Assembly: GCA_000992325.1 (NCBI GenBank)
Contig: LBTZ01000002.1
Span: forward strand, 1 to 51,532
DNA from: Parcubacteria group bacterium GW2011_GWD2_38_11
Lineage (GTDB): Bacteria; Patescibacteriota; Minisyncoccia; Moranbacterales; GWC2-37-73
Direction of reading: 5' to 3'
DNA: 51,532 bases
Every line of letters begins with the position of its first letter. Positions within the stretch are counted from its first letter, which is position 1. The notes beneath the pieces were generated by a model. The model made no database searches and was not told the DNA's origin. It worked only from the letters and a program-made list of their open reading frames with translations. Both the position numbers and the translations under genes were made by a program. This document shows positions 32,836 through 43,395 of this stretch, one piece after another.

Positions 32836-33666
32836 TTATAATGATTTTATTTTCGCCTTTTCAACCACAAATTTCAATTTACCTGTGTCTGGCACCTCAG
32901 TTTTATTATACTGAGAAAAAGTATTAACATATTTATTTGGCAAATGATGAATCAAGGAATCCTCAATATGATCAAGATTAACGAGTTTCGTCAAATTACA
33001 GCGAAAATAAACGTCTGATGCAGCAGATTCCAACACTGCCCCAAATCCACCATCGGGACCCAGGAAATAATTTCCTGATGATAATACTGCCCTGAACTGA
33101 TCACTAGTTAATAGATACGATGCCTGATGCAGGTTATTCGGCTCAAAATATGTTTCCCCGTCAAGAACAAGCTTGTATTCAATAATTTTATTTTTTATCA
33201 AATAGTGCTTAAGAGCGTAAAACCTCATCCAAAATGGTCCATGTCTCAGGGTGCAATTTCCCGAATGGAAATCTATCAAATAAACATAGTCATCATTTTT
33301 CAATTCAAACCTAACAAAGCCAGGGATAAAAGGGGTCCCTTTCAATTTTTGAGAATATTGAAGAAAATATCGTATATTTCTTTCGGTAATCAGTATATCA
33401 TTTTCTGAATAAATAAACAAATCATATTTATCAACATTTTCTGCCATGTATTCCTTGTGTTGATGTGGTAGCATCAGGCCTATGCTGGGATCAAACCTAA
33501 ACTTTTTTATTCTGATATTATCAAATTCCGACAAATTGATATCATCGGTCAAAAAAACTGCCACATCTATATCAAAATGCATGCTATTATATTCTCTCAA
33601 TATCGTTTTCAAATACTCAACTTGCCCACTACCATAGCTTGGTATACAGACTAATATTTTTTCCAT
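32836..33666 (-). CDS. hypothetical protein (possible GT-A-like transferase)
   Basis: 276-aa ORF tightly packed in the glycan operon. The N-terminal ILVCIPSYG and later FIYSENDILI loosely resemble the beta1 and DxD regions of GT-A enzymes. The family call is weak. Confidence 0.6.
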   Translation of the reverse strand: MEKILVCIPSYGSGQVEYLKTILREYNSMHFDIDVAVFLTDDINLSEFDNIRIKKFRFDPSIGLMLPHQHKEYMAENVDKYDLFIYSENDILITERNIRYFLQYSQKLKGTPFIPGFVRFELKNDDYVYLIDFHSGNCTLRHGPFWMRFYALKHYLIKNKIIEYKLVLDGETYFEPNNLHQASYLLTSDQFRAVLSSGNYFLGPDGGFGAVLESAASDVYFRCNLTKLVNLDHIEDSLIHHLPNKYVNTFSQYNKTEVPDTGKLKFVVEKAKIKSL

Positions 33667-33670
33667 TTAC

Positions 33671-34813
33671 TTAAAAGGATTTTGCCTCCACTCCAGCAAG
33701 AGTATCCCAATTATATTTATCTATTAATTTAACACCATTTGAATTATCAAAATCGCCAGACTCAAACAATTTTACAACCTTATCTGCCACATCGATATAA
33801 TCACCCTTTGCAGATATAATAACTTCCTTGTTTTTGTATATATTTTTATATGGCTCCAAATCATAAGCAAAAGTTTTCACACCCAGACAAACAGCTTCCA
33901 AAAGAGCAATCCCAAAACTTTCACTTTGACTAGTACTTAAAAACCAAAAGCTCTTGGAGCTCTTTATTATATTAAATTTTTCTTGTCCAGCAATATATCC
34001 TAAAAAATTTATATTTTGCTCTAAATTCAAATCCTTGATTTTTTTTCGAAACTGATTCTCTGTTGAATCATCACCTTTTCCCATGATAGCCAATTGAAAA
34101 TCAGGAAATTTCTCTTTTACAATCAATAAAACTTTTAGCATATCGTAAATACCCTTTGTTTCATTTATTCTACCTACAAAAAGCGCATCTATATTAATTT
34201 GATCATTTTTAGACGCCTTTTTTATTAGGTCAATCTCAACCGCATTGCCCGTAACGACTATTTTTTTCTCATCAAAACCAGCCGTAACCATATATTTTTT
34301 CAACTCTTGAGATATGGCGAAAATCTTATCAACCCTTTTCAAGAAAAACAAGCTGACCTGAAAAAAAAGCCATGCTAAAAACCTCAATAGCTTATTTCCT
34401 GGATCACTAATTGGAACAATGTTATCAAAAACTGTTAACCACTTTATTTCAGGATTTTTTCTCTTTAATAAATATGGAAAAATAATCAAATCCATCACCG
34501 AGGAAATAGAGTAAATTATTTCAAATCTAGCAGCTAAATCCCTTCGATAAGAAAAGGCTAGCATATTCCTACGAATTGCCTCGAGGATAAACTGAGCTTT
34601 ACTTGTAATCAACCTTGTTTTTCTAAGCTCAATATATTCATAATCTCCTACTATTCCTTCTTTATCTATACGTTTTTTGAGAAAATCATTGCAAAAAATA
34701 GCAATATGAAAACCTTTCGATTGCCATAATTTTATTTTTAAAAGCAATGGAATTATATTTCCATGCTCAATAGTGATAGCATTTATAAGTATTCTTGTTT
34801 TTTTCTCTGACAT
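33671..34813 (-). CDS. GT4 family glycosyltransferase
   Basis: 380 aa. C-terminal domain has FVGRINETKG and SQSESFGIALLEAVCLG (EX7E). Confidence 0.8.
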   Translation of the reverse strand: MSEKKTRILINAITIEHGNIIPLLLKIKLWQSKGFHIAIFCNDFLKKRIDKEGIVGDYEYIELRKTRLITSKAQFILEAIRRNMLAFSYRRDLAARFEIIYSISSVMDLIIFPYLLKRKNPEIKWLTVFDNIVPISDPGNKLLRFLAWLFFQVSLFFLKRVDKIFAISQELKKYMVTAGFDEKKIVVTGNAVEIDLIKKASKNDQINIDALFVGRINETKGIYDMLKVLLIVKEKFPDFQLAIMGKGDDSTENQFRKKIKDLNLEQNINFLGYIAGQEKFNIIKSSKSFWFLSTSQSESFGIALLEAVCLGVKTFAYDLEPYKNIYKNKEVIISAKGDYIDVADKVVKLFESGDFDNSNGVKLIDKYNWDTLAGVEAKSF

Positions 34814-34816
34814 TTC

Positions 34817-35410
34817 CTAAATATTATTCATTACTTCTTTTATTTTTTCACGCCATAGATAATATCCCTTACCTAATATATGTATTCCATCACCATAATA
34901 TATCCCCTCCTTTTCCTTTAATAATGAATCATTAATATCAATATAAGCAACATTGTTTTTTTCCGAATATTCTTTCAACATACCGTTCAATTTTTTAATT
35001 TTTTCATTTATAGATATAAATCTATCCTGGGTTGGATTCAGATATAAAGTAGACTGAACAATTGGCACAATCTCATGCTCCCTGAGTCCCGCAATAACAT
35101 TCTTATAATTATTAAAAACATCTGTTTCCGACCTCTCTATGAAAAAATCATTAACTCCCATCATTAAAAAACACGCGCGTGGGTTTAAATTGTAGACATA
35201 TTCCATTCTATCTAAAATTCCTTCCGTATTGTCACCAGGAATTCCCCTGTTGACAACATCATTCCTTCCCAATAGTTCATCCCAATTCGCATTATATGTT
35301 AAAGAATCTCCAAGCATAACTATATTTGTCTTATCAGTAAGATAAATACCATAAAGACCCTTTGCCATATAATTTCGATCATTTGAATTCAAATTTTGTG
35401 CAATCACCAT
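34817..35410 (-). CDS. SGNH/GDSL hydrolase family protein
   Basis: 197 aa. Block I MLGDSLT, block III GVNDF, and block V DGIHIL. Confidence 0.8.
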   Translation of the reverse strand: MVIAQNLNSNDRNYMAKGLYGIYLTDKTNIVMLGDSLTYNANWDELLGRNDVVNRGIPGDNTEGILDRMEYVYNLNPRACFLMMGVNDFFIERSETDVFNNYKNVIAGLREHEIVPIVQSTLYLNPTQDRFISINEKIKKLNGMLKEYSEKNNVAYIDINDSLLKEKEGIYYGDGIHILGKGYYLWREKIKEVMNNI

Positions 35411-35525
35411 ATCAACTTTTTTATATCCAGTCTGCCTTCTTTGATTTATATAAAAAACTACAAAAAAACAATGCTCAAGATAACCGATGATAATATTACT
35501 ATTTTAGTTAAAAGTATCTTATTCA

Positions 35526-36179
35526 TTATCTATTTTTATTCTGACAAATTAAAATAACATTATATCCAAGCAATCTTCCCAAGAAAGGAAGGTTCCGAAT
35601 TATATTTCCAAAATTATTTGAACTAAATTTTTCTTTTTCAATTTTTAAACCACACATCTCAATTAATTGACGTGCCGTTTTCAATGTATATAAATGCAGA
35701 TGAGTACGATCAAGAATTCCACTTTCAATATAATTAAAATTTCCAAACAATAAACCAATTCTTGTAGTGAAGTTTGCGACATTTGGCAAGGATATTAAAA
35801 CTCTTCCATCCTCATTGAGAAAATTTTTCACAAAATATCGAAGTACCTTTTCAGGATAAACAAGATGTTCCAAGACATCAGCAAATATAATCACATCAAA
35901 TTTTTCATCTATTTTAAATTTTTCAAATTCATTCAAGTCTAATTGAAAAACTTTTTCATATCCATGCTCATTTTTTGCAACCTCCAAATCAACATTATCA
36001 TAATCAATTCCAAAAAAAATATTCTCATTTGATATTTTTTTCAGATATCCCTTATTGCAACCTATATCAAGCACTTTTTTGCCCTTACCAATCTCTTCAG
36101 CTATCAAATAATGCGTGCCCCAGCGAGCAGAGTTAAAGTTATATTGTTTCATGATTTTATTTAAATTTAGGTAAACCAA
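35526..36179 (-). CDS. class I SAM-dependent methyltransferase
   Basis: 217 aa with VLDIGCNKGYL and DVIIFADVLEHL. Confidence 0.8.
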   Translation of the reverse strand: MVYLNLNKIMKQYNFNSARWGTHYLIAEEIGKGKKVLDIGCNKGYLKKISNENIFFGIDYDNVDLEVAKNEHGYEKVFQLDLNEFEKFKIDEKFDVIIFADVLEHLVYPEKVLRYFVKNFLNEDGRVLISLPNVANFTTRIGLLFGNFNYIESGILDRTHLHLYTLKTARQLIEMCGLKIEKEKFSSNNFGNIIRNLPFLGRLLGYNVILICQNKNR

Positions 36180-37149
36180 TCTGTTTAAAGGCTGAGAACT
36201 TATACGAACCGAAATACATCAAAGAAAATAGCTCTCTGTCACTCACAATTCTATTTTTTTGCACCATGTTTCTTTTTTTAAAACTATCAAACAAATTAAC
36301 AACATTCCACCAATATGACTCCCAGATAATAGCACACATTTTAAAATTTCCCGTTAGCAGATACACCAATGATTCTGCGGAATTTTGCAATATAAACAAT
36401 GGAACTGTCCAAAGCAAGTTAACTGCATTGTAATTCTTCAACATATTCCTTAAATTATGACTTTCGACCCAGAAACGTCTTTCACTTGATGTGGTATGCC
36501 TTTGGTTTGTCTTGGCCTGAGTTTCCATGGATGATCCTCCTCCATAATGAACCAAGCGGGTATCTTCGCAAATACCCAACCTCATGCCAAACAAATTTGC
36601 CCGCCAACACAAATCCGTATCCTCGCTATACATGAAGTATTTTTCATCAAATCCTCCTAATTTTGCGAAATCATCTCTACCTATTATTAGCGAACAACCC
36701 TCTACATAAAATAGCCTACTCCCGGGACCAGGCGATGCCAAAACATCAAGTTGTAAAAAACTTCCATCTAATGGATCGATACCCTTCGCGTTTACAATTC
36801 TGGGTCCAACAATATTTAAATTTTTGTCTTTCTTAAACTTGATTAATTTTTCCAGCATGTCGCTTGGAGACTCCGTATCGTTATTCAGGAAAAACAAATA
36901 CTCACCTTGGCTACTTTTCACTCCAATATCATTAGCAGCTCCAAAACCCAAATTTTTATCATTTTTTATAATTACAATATCTTTATAATTTTCCTGAACA
37001 AAATCAACACTTTCATCAATAGAATTATTATCAACAAAAATTATTTCAAAATTTTTATATGTCTGATCGGAAAAAGAATCTAGGCATCCTTTTAGCCATT
37101 TTTTTCCATTATAATTAACAACGACTATAGAAATTAAATCTTTTTTCAT
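36157..37149 (-). CDS. GT2 family glycosyltransferase (rhamnosyltransferase-like)
   Basis: The track ORF begins at a GTG at 37200. The ATG at 37149 (MKKDLISIVVVNYNG) lies 1 nt after the upstream stop. Motifs: IFVDNNSIDES, FLNNDT, YSEDTDLCWR. Confidence 0.8.
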   Translation of the reverse strand: MKKDLISIVVVNYNGKKWLKGCLDSFSDQTYKNFEIIFVDNNSIDESVDFVQENYKDIVIIKNDKNLGFGAANDIGVKSSQGEYLFFLNNDTESPSDMLEKLIKFKKDKNLNIVGPRIVNAKGIDPLDGSFLQLDVLASPGPGSRLFYVEGCSLIIGRDDFAKLGGFDEKYFMYSEDTDLCWRANLFGMRLGICEDTRLVHYGGGSSMETQAKTNQRHTTSSERRFWVESHNLRNMLKNYNAVNLLWTVPLFILQNSAESLVYLLTGNFKMCAIIWESYWWNVVNLFDSFKKRNMVQKNRIVSDRELFSLMYFGSYKFSAFKQIGLPKFK

Positions 37150-37150
37150 T

Positions 37151-37702
37151 TCAGTTTTTTGATTGCTTAATAATCTCAGCAGGAACACCGCCAACGACAC
37201 AATTATCAGGAATGTCCTTCACGACAACAGCATTTGCCCCAATAATGACGTTATTTCCAATTTTCACATTTCCAATGATTCTGGCGCCAGTGCCTATTGT
37301 GACATCATCCCCAATAACCGCACTACGACTGTCTTCCAAATTTTTTGTTCCGATAGTTAGGGGTCCTATAAGATGCACATTCTTTCCGATAACAGCACTG
37401 TGCGCTATTATAATTCCCCTATTGTGCATATATACGCCACCTCCAATTGTTGCATGTGGGTCTATATTGATATCTAAAATATAATAAGTAAAAATAAAAT
37501 AAAAAGGATAGGTGATAAATCCAAAAAATTTCAAAAAAATACTCTGGCTGGTTAAAAAATAATGTTGCCAACGATAAACAAAGGAGAACATCATTCCTGG
37601 ATTATGGAAAAAAACTAAAAGAAAAATTACGAGATTATTTTTTTTATTAAATCTCAGATAGGATTCCCAATCAGATTTTATCAATTTAAAGCTTGACAAC
37701 AT
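37151..37702 (-). CDS. hexapeptide-repeat (LbH) O-acyltransferase, serine-acetyltransferase-like, with hydrophobic N-terminus
   Basis: 183 aa with IGGGVYMHNRGIIIAHSAVIG and IGTGARIIGNVKIGNNVIIGANAVVVKDIP. The N-terminal ~80 aa are hydrophobic. Confidence 0.8.
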   Translation of the reverse strand: MLSSFKLIKSDWESYLRFNKKNNLVIFLLVFFHNPGMMFSFVYRWQHYFLTSQSIFLKFFGFITYPFYFIFTYYILDINIDPHATIGGGVYMHNRGIIIAHSAVIGKNVHLIGPLTIGTKNLEDSRSAVIGDDVTIGTGARIIGNVKIGNNVIIGANAVVVKDIPDNCVVGGVPAEIIKQSKN

Positions 37703-37711
37703 TTAATTATT

Positions 37712-38317
37712 TTATTTAAAATTATTAATAGTCTTAACTACTTTTGCTGGATTACCAGCAGCAATCGCATCCGCGGGAATATCATGAGTAACAACTGAGC
37801 CTGCTGCTATAACAGCTCTATCACCAATAGTAACACCCTTGAGAATCATCACTCTTCTCCCAATCCAAACATCATTTCCAATTTTTACAGGACCATGTGC
37901 GGGATTTTTTACTTCAATCGACATGCCCCTTCCACCATAATCACTATCCGATTCTATGTCTCTTCTTCGATCCTCAGCATAAATTGAATGTGAATTATTG
38001 TCTTGAATATACACGTCTGAAGAAATCAGACAATGCGATCCTATTTCCACACTTTCCATAGCGCGAATTATAGTACGCTCATTTATAGAAGTGTACCCAC
38101 CAATTTTAATTTTTCCCATTCCCTCAACCACTAGCCAGCCAGAAAGTTTCATATCTTCACCAAGAATTATCTGGTTTTTATTCTTTACACCCGATATACC
38201 AGAACCAAACTTCAAGAATACTCTCCCCTCACACGTTACTTTTCTTCGATATATTCTACCGTATATTTTTGTAATAATTCTATTAAAAATATCATACAAA
38301 CTAATAAGTAAATCCAT
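37712..38317 (-). CDS. hexapeptide-repeat O-acetyltransferase (maltose/galactoside acetyltransferase-like)
   Basis: 201 aa reading [49 protein letters not shown]. Confidence 0.85.
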   Translation of the reverse strand: MDLLISLYDIFNRIITKIYGRIYRRKVTCEGRVFLKFGSGISGVKNKNQIILGEDMKLSGWLVVEGMGKIKIGGYTSINERTIIRAMESVEIGSHCLISSDVYIQDNNSHSIYAEDRRRDIESDSDYGGRGMSIEVKNPAHGPVKIGNDVWIGRRVMILKGVTIGDRAVIAAGSVVTHDIPADAIAAGNPAKVVKTINNFK

Positions 38318-38319
38318 AT

Positions 38320-39459
38320 TTATAGGTTATTTTTAAAAATTATACTCCAATCAAATTTTTTAATATAAGCGGTAGCATTCATGCGATATTCCTTCAAATT
38401 ATTTTCATCTTTCATTAATTGAATAACTGATTGAGAAATTTGATCCTTGTCATAAAAAATTATTTTACCACACTTATTATTTTCTATTTCCTTAGCATTA
38501 TGTGGTAAGTCAGTCAAAAGAATCGGCAATCCAGCTGATAAATAATCTTTTAGCTTTGTAGGATCAGCATAATAAGTAAAATTATCCTTTTTACTGTCAT
38601 ACATCGCTATCGCCAATGCACTATCTGCCATAATTTGGTCAAGCTCTTTTCTCTCCTTAATCCACCCAGCAAAGGTAACACTATTTTCAAGTCTCAATTC
38701 TGCAACTTTGTTTTTAAGAATATCCTCGTATTCTCCACCGCCTACAATCAGGAAATGAAAATCTGGGATTTCCTTGATTATATCCGGCATTGCATCTAGC
38801 ACCAACTGCACCCCCTGCTTTTCCAATAGATTGCCAACGAAAAGAAGCTGATGCTTTTTAATTTGTTCAAAAGGAAGTTTTTTTACTCTATCAAACCAAA
38901 CACCAATCGGAACCACTTTTTGATTGCAATACAAATCCATTTTTAATCCTCTGACGTTTTCCCTGCCTTCAGCGATTCGACATGAAACATTCCACACCTC
39001 ATCCGCATTTTTTACGCAAAATTTGTCTATCCAATGATAAAAATTATTAAGCGTTTTATTTGTAAAACGTTGAGGCACATAATCAATAGTGTAATAAACC
39101 ACCCTATTCACTCTTTTTATTTTTTTAATAAAAATTCCGATCAAAGCATTTAATGGATCTACACCAATCCACATATCAAATTTTTCCTTTTCAGAGAGAA
39201 ACCATTTAATACTTAAAAATATTTCCAAAAAATAATTCGCGATTTGCCTTCTCGATCGTATTTTTGTCTCATTTTTGCATATTATTTCACCATTCTTGAT
39301 TTTTTCACAATATGACTTTGTTTGGTCGATCTGAAGAGGGTGCGCAATAAATAACAGTCTATTAATCTTTTGATCAATCAGATATTCACGAAGCGCTTGT
39401 GGAGCCCCGTATACCAAGTAATGAGTAGCTATAACTATTCTACTTTTAGAAATGTCCAT
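38320..39459 (-). CDS. GT4/GT1-type glycosyltransferase
   Basis: 379 aa. The C-terminal Rossmann half has [12 protein letters not shown] and IVGGGEYED. The family call rests on architecture. Confidence 0.72.
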   Translation of the reverse strand: MDISKSRIVIATHYLVYGAPQALREYLIDQKINRLLFIAHPLQIDQTKSYCEKIKNGEIICKNETKIRSRRQIANYFLEIFLSIKWFLSEKEKFDMWIGVDPLNALIGIFIKKIKRVNRVVYYTIDYVPQRFTNKTLNNFYHWIDKFCVKNADEVWNVSCRIAEGRENVRGLKMDLYCNQKVVPIGVWFDRVKKLPFEQIKKHQLLFVGNLLEKQGVQLVLDAMPDIIKEIPDFHFLIVGGGEYEDILKNKVAELRLENSVTFAGWIKERKELDQIMADSALAIAMYDSKKDNFTYYADPTKLKDYLSAGLPILLTDLPHNAKEIENNKCGKIIFYDKDQISQSVIQLMKDENNLKEYRMNATAYIKKFDWSIIFKNNL

Positions 39460-40492
39460 ATTTGCAAATTTCTTTCAAGATATCATCAATGTCGTATTTA
39501 AATTTCCATGCGGGATAATGCTCTTGAAATTTGGCAACGTCACTAATATACCAAATATGATCACCGATTCGATTGGTTTTTGAATATTTTATATTTGCCT
39601 TTTTACCGGTCAATTTTTCTATTTTTTCAATTGCCTCCATCATGGAAATATTCGAATGTCTACCGCCTCCCATATTATAAACCTCAGCAATTCGTGGTTT
39701 CTTATAAAAATGCCAAAAAGCATTCACCAAATCATATGAATGAATATTATCCCTAACCTGCTTCCCTTTATATCCGAATATATTATACTGCTTGCCAGTA
39801 GCTATACATTTTGCCAGATATGCCAAAAATCCATGCAGCTCTGCACCTGAATGATTTGGTCCGGTTAAACACCCTCCTCTAAAAATTGCAGTTTTAAGAT
39901 TAAAGTAACGACCGTATTCTTGAACCATAACATCTGCAGCTAATTTAGAAACACCAAATATACTATGCTTTGTTTGATCAATACTCATACTTTCATCAAT
40001 ACCCCTGTAAAATTGGTGTTTCTTATCAATTTCAAAACGCGTTTCCAATTCAACCAATGGCAACAAATTAGGAGTATCGCCATAAACTTTATTGGTGGAT
40101 GTGTAGATAAAAGATGCTTTGGGGCAATATTTTCTAAAATTTTCAAGCATGACCAACGTACCATTTGCATTAACAGAGAAATCAGTAAATGGTTCTTTTG
40201 CGGCCCAGTCATGTGATGGTTGAGCAGCAGCATGAATAATCAAATCAAATTTATTTTTTTTGAAAACCTTTTCAATAGCTGCATTATCTCGAATATCTAT
40301 TTTATAATGATGATATTTCGGAAGACTTTTTTTCAATTCACTCACACTCCATTTCGTGCTTGCATCTTGCCCAAAAAAATATGCTCTCATGTCGTTGTCA
40401 ATACCATGAACCTCAAATCCCTTTTTCGCAAAAAATCTTACTGATTCCGATCCAATCAATCCACCCGATCCCGTAATAAGTATTCTTTTCAT
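39446..40492 (-). CDS. NAD-dependent epimerase/dehydratase (CDP-paratose 2-epimerase-like)
   Basis: 348 aa with [16 protein letters not shown], the catalytic YGVSKLAAD, and [15 protein letters not shown]. Confidence 0.85.
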   Translation of the reverse strand: MKRILITGSGGLIGSESVRFFAKKGFEVHGIDNDMRAYFFGQDASTKWSVSELKKSLPKYHHYKIDIRDNAAIEKVFKKNKFDLIIHAAAQPSHDWAAKEPFTDFSVNANGTLVMLENFRKYCPKASFIYTSTNKVYGDTPNLLPLVELETRFEIDKKHQFYRGIDESMSIDQTKHSIFGVSKLAADVMVQEYGRYFNLKTAIFRGGCLTGPNHSGAELHGFLAYLAKCIATGKQYNIFGYKGKQVRDNIHSYDLVNAFWHFYKKPRIAEVYNMGGGRHSNISMMEAIEKIEKLTGKKANIKYSKTNRIGDHIWYISDVAKFQEHYPAWKFKYDIDDILKEICKYGHF

Positions 40493-40497
40493 TTTAT

Positions 40498-41304
40498 TTA
40501 TCTTATTAAAAATTTAATTCCTACCAATCCCCTCAAAAAATACATTCCAAATGTTAAAAATGGATGCGCAAACATCTTTCCCCATTTTCCATCTTCCACA
40601 AAAACTCCCAGAAATCTGTAACATAACCCAAACTGCTTTTTCAAATCCTCATCATTTTTTCCCCATTTTTCAATATAGTCATCGAATTTCTTAGCGTAGT
40701 ACCCCTTTTTACTCAAATATTTCCCAAGCTCAAATTCTGCCTCATTATGATATATTGGAGTTTTTATAAGTTCCACCTTTCCAATACTGCGCAATTTCTT
40801 GTCCAAATCCCAGTCCTCTGGCCCAGTCAAATTCTCATCAAATCCACCAACTTGCTGAAAGGAGCTTTTTTTGATAAAACGCGCACAATCAATCACGGTT
40901 GCATCATAAAAACTTCTTTCAAATCTGCGAACCTTGCTGAAAAACTTGTCACCCATCACAATTTCGGAAACATATAATGCAACAATTTCTGAATTATTTG
41001 TCACTTTTTCCACGCAATCTCTGATAACATCTTGATGCAAAATCATGTCCGCATCAAGATACATGAAATATTCCCCGTCAGCCTTTTCCACTCCAAAATT
41101 TCTCTGCGCGCTTCTTTCCGGCCCTTTATCAAAAACTTTATCCGTATATTTCAATGATATCTCTTTGGTTTTATCATCAGACTCATTATCAACGACAATA
41201 ATTTCAATCAAATCTTGCGGATAAGATTGAGCCTTAATAGATTTGAGACAATTCTCAATATTTTTTTCCTCGTTTTTAGTTGTAATGATGACCGAAACTA
41301 ACAT
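40498..41304 (-). CDS. GT2 family glycosyltransferase
   Basis: 268 aa with [25 protein letters not shown] and YLDADM. Confidence 0.85.
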   Translation of the reverse strand: MLVSVIITTKNEEKNIENCLKSIKAQSYPQDLIEIIVVDNESDDKTKEISLKYTDKVFDKGPERSAQRNFGVEKADGEYFMYLDADMILHQDVIRDCVEKVTNNSEIVALYVSEIVMGDKFFSKVRRFERSFYDATVIDCARFIKKSSFQQVGGFDENLTGPEDWDLDKKLRSIGKVELIKTPIYHNEAEFELGKYLSKKGYYAKKFDDYIEKWGKNDEDLKKQFGLCYRFLGVFVEDGKWGKMFAHPFLTFGMYFLRGLVGIKFLIR

Positions 41305-41312
41305 AGTTTGTA

Positions 41313-41822
41313 TTAGTTACTATATTTTAGAAATGGAGCATTTTTCCTCTCAATCAGGAATTTTTGATAATGCTGCGGTGTGACAATGAGTTTACTTTCG
41401 AAATTCTTACTTGCCCTGAAAATGATTGAATACGCTTTGACTGACATGCCATCATTCTGAAAGGTGTCGAAACACAAATGAAAAAACATACCCAGTGCAA
41501 GCGCAAATGAAACTGATTTCAAAACCAGTTGTTTTTTGACCAAAAAGGCCACTGCTAATAGGATGATAACATATTCCCACCCATGAAACAACATATATAT
41601 CTTCCCGCTTTGCAAAAATTGATAGCCATGAGAAAAATATCCCAAGTCAAACTTAAAGCCAAGTGCCAAGAAATAATCAATAAAATGATCCATATCAACC
41701 AACACTCCGCCAACAATCGCCGCCACAAAAGAGACTAGAGGGTTTTTCCATAGTCTCCAGGTGATAATGCCCGCAAGAATGCTCAGGGCAACATGAATGG
41801 ACAGATGCAGTGTTAAACTCAT
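41313..41822 (-). CDS. membrane protein, DUF457/YdjM-like metal-dependent hydrolase (tentative)
   Basis: The track ORF extends to 41897. The ATG at 41822 (MSLTLHLSIHV) overlaps the upstream stop as ATGA. It has 4-5 TM helices and a VDMDHFIDY motif. Confidence 0.5.
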   Translation of the reverse strand: MSLTLHLSIHVALSILAGIITWRLWKNPLVSFVAAIVGGVLVDMDHFIDYFLALGFKFDLGYFSHGYQFLQSGKIYMLFHGWEYVIILLAVAFLVKKQLVLKSVSFALALGMFFHLCFDTFQNDGMSVKAYSIIFRASKNFESKLIVTPQHYQKFLIERKNAPFLKYSN

Positions 41823-43381
41823 AGTGATGTTGGTTTTTCCTTGTTGCTTTTCCCAAAATCCATCAGATGGCCCATCACCTTTAATCCAGCAACCCAAATA
41901 TATTTCACATCAGCAAAGGTTCGAATGGACAAGAGTTTTTTGATGATGAATTTTGGAGTTATGAATGATTTGTATAGGCTCTGCACAAGTTCCTTGGCAT
42001 CCTGAGATGAAAGTGGTGATTTCATGACCATTTCTCGTTGATCAAATCGCGAATATTCTCTGGTGACCAACAAATCATTTTCGTCGCAATCCTTATACAA
42101 AGGCGTGCCCGGATATGGAATTACGATCGTTCCCTGCAGTGTATCCACATAGCCCTTCTTGAAAAGATCCGCTGCCTTGTCGATGGTTTTTTGAGCCATC
42201 TCTTTTGTTTCCCAGGGATATCCGATCATGGTTGTGATATGGGGCTCCAATCCTGCCTCTTTGCACATCTTGAGACCGGGTTCAATCTCTTCCACTTTCA
42301 AATTCTTGCATATTTTGTCCAATGTTTCCTGATTTGCCGATTCCAATCCAAAAAGAATGAATCGAAAGCCTGCTCGCTTCATCAAGCGCCACACTCGCGG
42401 CTCTGAAATCCCGGTGATACGCATGTTGCAGCTCATCACAACTTTTTTGTTGTATCCGCGTTCAATCATGCCTTTGCAAAATTCTTCCAGCCATGGACCA
42501 ATTGGCAAACTTCCAGAATCTTCCATGATTTCCTTTACGCCAAGATCAATCAAGTTCCCCACCTCATCCAAAGCATTTTTTGCGCTGCGTGTTCTGAAAT
42601 GTTTTCCTGGAAAAAATGTTGTCCAGCTGCAAAAAGTGCATTTTCCCCACCAACAATCACGTCCGCTCATCATATATGTCCCAGGAGTGAACTTGAAATT
42701 TCCATTTTTATAGGCATAATCCTTCCATTTGGTGAGTTCGCGATCAATCATTGGCAAGGTGTCCAAGTCATGGTTTGAAAGATCCGATGGACCTGAATTA
42801 GTGATTGTCATTCCGGACTCCGATCCGGAATCTAGAGATTCCTGAACTAAATTCAAGGCAGGCTCCGAAACAAGCTCAGGATGACACTCGCTGGGCTGAC
42901 GGTACCAAAAACCTCCTTCAAGTTCGCTGTTTTTACTGAGATGATCAGCCAAGCTCAAAAGCATAAAGTCATAGTCGCCTGAAGCAATCACGAAATCAAC
43001 TTTTGACTTTTCCATTGTTTCCTCTGGCCTCGCGGTCACATGATCTCCCATCATCACCACCTTGGAATTAGGAAGTTTTTCTTTTAATTCACCCACGATT
43101 TTCCAATGCATTTCAACCACTGGAGTTTTGGTTTCAATCGCAATCAGATCAGGTTTCTGCTCAATGATATCTGCAAGCCATTGCTGATATGTTTTTTCCT
43201 CAGCAATTCCATCATCCCAAATAACTTCATATCCCTTTTCCTTGAGCAATGTGGCTGCATAGGCAGGAATCACGGGATAGATATATGTTGGGTTATTGAA
43301 CCACTGAAATTGTCTGTTCTGCGAGAGAAGAGCAATTCCCTTGTTTGATTCTAGCGGTGGATAAGAAATGGCTATTCGCAT
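41819..43381 (-). CDS. B12-binding-domain radical SAM protein
   Basis: 520 aa. The N-terminal region is cobalamin-binding-like (DLIAIETKTPVV...VMMGDHVT). A cluster motif RDCWWGKCTFC opens the radical SAM core, and a C-terminal extension follows. It carries a repeat insertion at 42806-42886. Confidence 0.85.
   Translation of the reverse strand: MRIAISYPPLESNKGIALLSQNRQFQWFNNPTYIYPVIPAYAATLLKEKGYEVIWDDGIAEEKTYQQWLADIIEQKPDLIAIETKTPVVEMHWKIVGELKEKLPNSKVVMMGDHVTARPEETMEKSKVDFVIASGDYDFMLLSLADHLSKNSELEGGFWYRQPSECHPELVSEPALNLVQESLDSGSESGMTITNSGPSDLSNHDLDTLPMIDRELTKWKDYAYKNGNFKFTPGTYMMSGRDCWWGKCTFCSWTTFFPGKHFRTRSAKNALDEVGNLIDLGVKEIMEDSGSLPIGPWLEEFCKGMIERGYNKKVVMSCNMRITGISEPRVWRLMKRAGFRFILFGLESANQETLDKICKNLKVEEIEPGLKMCKEAGLEPHITTMIGYPWETKEMAQKTIDKAADLFKKGYVDTLQGTIVIPYPGTPLYKDCDENDLLVTREYSRFDQREMVMKSPLSSQDAKELVQSLYKSFITPKFIIKKLLSIRTFADVKYIWVAGLKVMGHLMDFGKSNKEKPTSL
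42806..42886. repeat. composite of two GC-rich mini-elements inside the radical SAM CDS
   Basis: tgtcattccggactccgatccggaatctag followed by ...cctgaactaaattcaaggcaggctccgaaacaagctcaggatgaca. It is translated as CHPELVSEPALNLVQESLDSGSESGMT. Confidence 0.8.
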
Positions 43382-43395
43382 AATTTACTGTAATT

